Assembly: GCA_011109175.1 (NCBI GenBank)
Contig: RDEW01000009.1
Span: forward strand, 1,316,013 to 1,380,012
Length of the DNA stretch: 64,000 nucleotides
Reading direction: 5' to 3'
From: Dicyema japonicum
Taxonomy: Eukaryota; Animalia; Dicyemida
Positions 61,110 through 64,000 of the stretch are shown here, piece after piece; positions within the stretch are counted from its first letter, which is position 1; the number at the start of each line of letters is the position of its first letter. The notes under the pieces were generated by a model that saw nothing but the letters and a program-made list of their open reading frames with translations, did not search any database and was not told the DNA's origin. The position numbers and the translations under genes are program-made.

Positions 61110-63600
61110 AATGCTGGGATCGCATACATTATTTTCATTAACTCTTTATTATTATTAGCAATGTCCGCGGAACCAGAAAAGTTAACTAATTTTAAATCCC
61201 ACTTTTCCTATGCATCTCTGGATACGCGCTGTGAGTCGATTCCATTTTCCACTGTTCCTCGCATCCGCCCTCAAATCATCCAGATCCTCTGCTGTTTTCA
61301 GTTTTCTTCCTATGCAAGTGAGTTCTTTGTAGATCTCGATACGTTGTTTTGTCTAATACAGAAAAGTATGATTCTATGGCCTGATTGGCTGGTGTCATTT
61401 CCGAAGCTCTTAGGATATGTCCAAAAAGCTGCCATTTCGCAGAAGTAACTTTATTACCAATCTTTGTTGTTTGAGTAATTCTATATAACTCGTCGTTAGT
61501 TATCCGTTATGGGAGTAGACTCCCAGAATAAGNNNNNNNNNNNNNNNNNNNNNNNNNNNNNNNNNNNNNNNNNNNNNNNNNNNNNNNNNNNNNNNNNNNN
61601 NNNNNNNNNNNNNNGCAGAAGTAACTTTATTACCAATCTTTGTTGTTTGAGTAATTTTATTTAACTCGTCGTTAGTTATCCGTTATGGGAGTAGACTCCC
61701 AGAATAAGTCGCAGTTGTTTTCTGTAGAGAGTTAAAGTTTTCCAGTTCTTTGGTTGTTAGGCCTCAGATTATAAAGTAGAAATGGTTTTGTACAACCGAA
61801 TTCGAAGGCGAGTGCCTATGTACTTTCGTCGCATCCAGATGGCCCACAATTTTTTGAAAGAAGCAATTGCCAGAACTTTCCAGTGAATAACGTCCTCCGA
61901 GTCCCCGAGGAGAGATCCAACTTTCTTGCATGTTCTCTACATTTTCTCGTTACTCGTGGTGCAATATGCTAGTTCTTTCCGTTTTGTCTGGGTTTACTAC
62001 CAAGGACCAGTCCTCCAAGCCTTGAGGGATCACTTTTAGTATAGTTTCCAGCGTATCCCTATCCCGGCAGACGAAATCAATATCATCGGCGTAGATTACT
62101 TCCATCACGTTAGAGAAACAATTTTTTCCGGAGAGGTCTTAAAGCTGCCTCCAGGTATATTATGAATAGGACTGGGGATAAAGAGTCTCCCTGTGGTGCG
62201 CCGGTGTCGGTTTTAAATCTTGTTGAGTTGTAATTTCTCACTCGCACTGATAGCGATGTGCTGGAGAGTAAAAATCTGATCACACGTGATGCATCCTTGT
62301 CTAGAATACTCTCCAGTACGTGCATTAGCTTTTTGCGTTTGATAGTGTCGAAAGCACGGGATAAGTCAATTCCAAGGATTGAGATTTATTCTTTGTGTTT
62401 CTGGCACATTTCACACATCCACCTGTGGCTCCATACAATGTCTGTCGTCGACCTGAATCCACTTTGACTTGGGTTCAGGAATTCATTTACAGGGCCTGAA
62501 ATACGATCCAACACAACAAGGGAGAGTATTTTCCTTATCGTATTCATTAGTGTAATCGGGCGTAGGCTGTTTAGATTTCCTCTTTCCTTTCCAGGTTTCT
62601 CAATTGGGATCAAGGTCCCATTCATCGCATCACATGGACTGTGACATTTGAACGTCCTGTTCAGGACTGTGCAGATTAACTCAGCCACCATTTCTGACGC
62701 GTATTTCAATAATTCATTCACGTTGTCCGGTCCAGGGGGTCTGCCATTCTTGAGATTACCCAAGGCTGAATCGACTTCGTAATGCGTGATGCTTTGATTC
62801 AAGTCTCTGGGAATTCCTTCGAACGGTTCCAAGTATTCATTGAGATTTAGTCGTTTTTTGTAGAAAGCGGCAATTTTATTTGCTGATTCCAGGCCGTTGA
62901 TTATTCGCCGTACTTTTTACGGATATTGTCGGAAGCACATAGAGCCTCCACGGTCAAGGTCCTGCTCCGCGTACGAGCTGCCAGTGCTCCAGAGATTCCA
63001 AAGCGTCGATTTAGAATGAGCCGTACTACTAGTAGTCTGTGATCACTTGAGATCATCATGCTACTATATTTACGGGAGTCCGTGAGTAGCCTACTCTGTC
63101 TTTGTATGCATAGTATGTGGTCGAATTAGTTAAATATATGAACTCGATTTCCATAGGAGTCTCTCCTCTGTCCTGCTCAATATGTCGCGCTGCATGTCAG
63201 AACTCCGTGTTACAAACGAATAGTCAAAATGAATCGCAGAAATATATAAGGGCCTCCCAGGACAGATTTCTGATCCCTCGAGCGTGACTGCCCATGGCAA
63301 TTTGATTCGTCCTGCTTTTTCCCCACTTTTGAATTCCAGTCTCCCGCTATAAAGAGCATGTAGGAGCTGGATAAGGAGGAGTAAGCCAATGATAAGGACG
63401 AGTAGAAATTGTCAAGTTCCTCTGCGTCGGCGGATACCTTCACTGTGGTTGGTGCATGATAATCGATAGAGTAGTACTACGGTTGTTTCTATGGCGTAGT
63501 TGGAGGATGGAAATCCTGTCGTTGATACTCCATGCTCTATGAGCCACCACAGCTGCGTCCATGGGTATAGCGAACCCCATCCCATAATGTCGGCAGTCTG
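61110..63600 (-). mobile_element. RTE-clade LINE (APE plus RT), decayed, spanning an N gap at 61533-61613
   Basis: FIAGDWNSKVG, LKNGRPPGPD, LRPITLMNTIRKILS, GIDLSRAFDT, GAPQGDSLSPVLFIIYLE, YADDI. Confidence 0.92.
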
Positions 63601-63619
63601 ACTGATCTCTATGGAACGA

Positions 63620-64000
63620 GTCTAGATTGTGATTGTCCGTATCAGAAAGACCCCATGTTCAGGCATTGTAAAGGAGAATAAGCTTCATCAGTGAATTGTA
63701 TAAACGCATCCGTGTTTGTGTACTAATCCTTTACGCTTTAGCAAGTTTTCCTTTAGGCTGCGTAGTGCACTGTTTGCATGTGTTTTCCGCATAATTGCGT
63801 TTTGTTCATTTCCCAATAACGATCCGAGTTTCTTTACTTTTCTCTTATGTTTATTCAGCTTAGATTTTTGTCTGACTAGTTACGTCAATTCTGTTCTCTC
63901 CACATTTACATTGAAGAACCACTCGGCAAGTTTATTTGGCATCACCTCCAATAGGCTTTTCAGAGCATTCATGTCGAGAGAAATGAAATCCACGTCATCC
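63620..64000 (-). mobile_element. Further RTE LINE RT fragment, running off the window end
   Basis: DDVDFIS, FNVNVERTE, KKLGSLLG, RMRLYNSLMKLILLYNA. Confidence 0.8.

Overview
AT-rich animal (eukaryotic) nuclear DNA with extremely small spliceosomal introns, mostly 21-26 nt. This pattern is known from dicyemid mesozoans, but the organism is inferred, not established. Ten host genes can be reconstructed by eye: a 26/29-kDa-type cathepsin L-like protease, ERCC3/XPB, RPS29, CD2BP2, a FAM187-like Ig membrane protein, UBXN6, a FAR1/ZSWIM3-N+BTB protein, TRAPPC11, ZRANB2 and ASCC1. There is also a frameshifted C-type lectin. The intergenic space is full of decayed RTE, I/Jockey-like and CRE-clade non-LTR retrotransposons, hAT (Buster-type), Tc1/IS630 and integrase remnants. 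Three things stand out. (1) A ~330-bp SINE-like family (5 copies, one with an 11-bp TSD) carries a covarying pseudoknot with HDV-ribozyme-like topology and shares its 3' tail with local LINEs. (2) Several degraded fragments resemble negative-strand RNA virus (rhabdovirus/Mononegavirales-like) G and L genes, and more weakly M and N; one L-like fragment runs into a LINE-type 3' tail. (3) The splicing system looks miniaturised: 20-26-nt introns including GC-AG and an apparent GT-TG intron, CD2BP2 without its GYF domain and ZRANB2 without its RS domain. Many 100-140-bp near-exact tandem duplications and two N gaps look like assembly artefacts. All protein family calls come from manual translation and remembered motifs, not database searches; coordinates of decayed elements are approximate.
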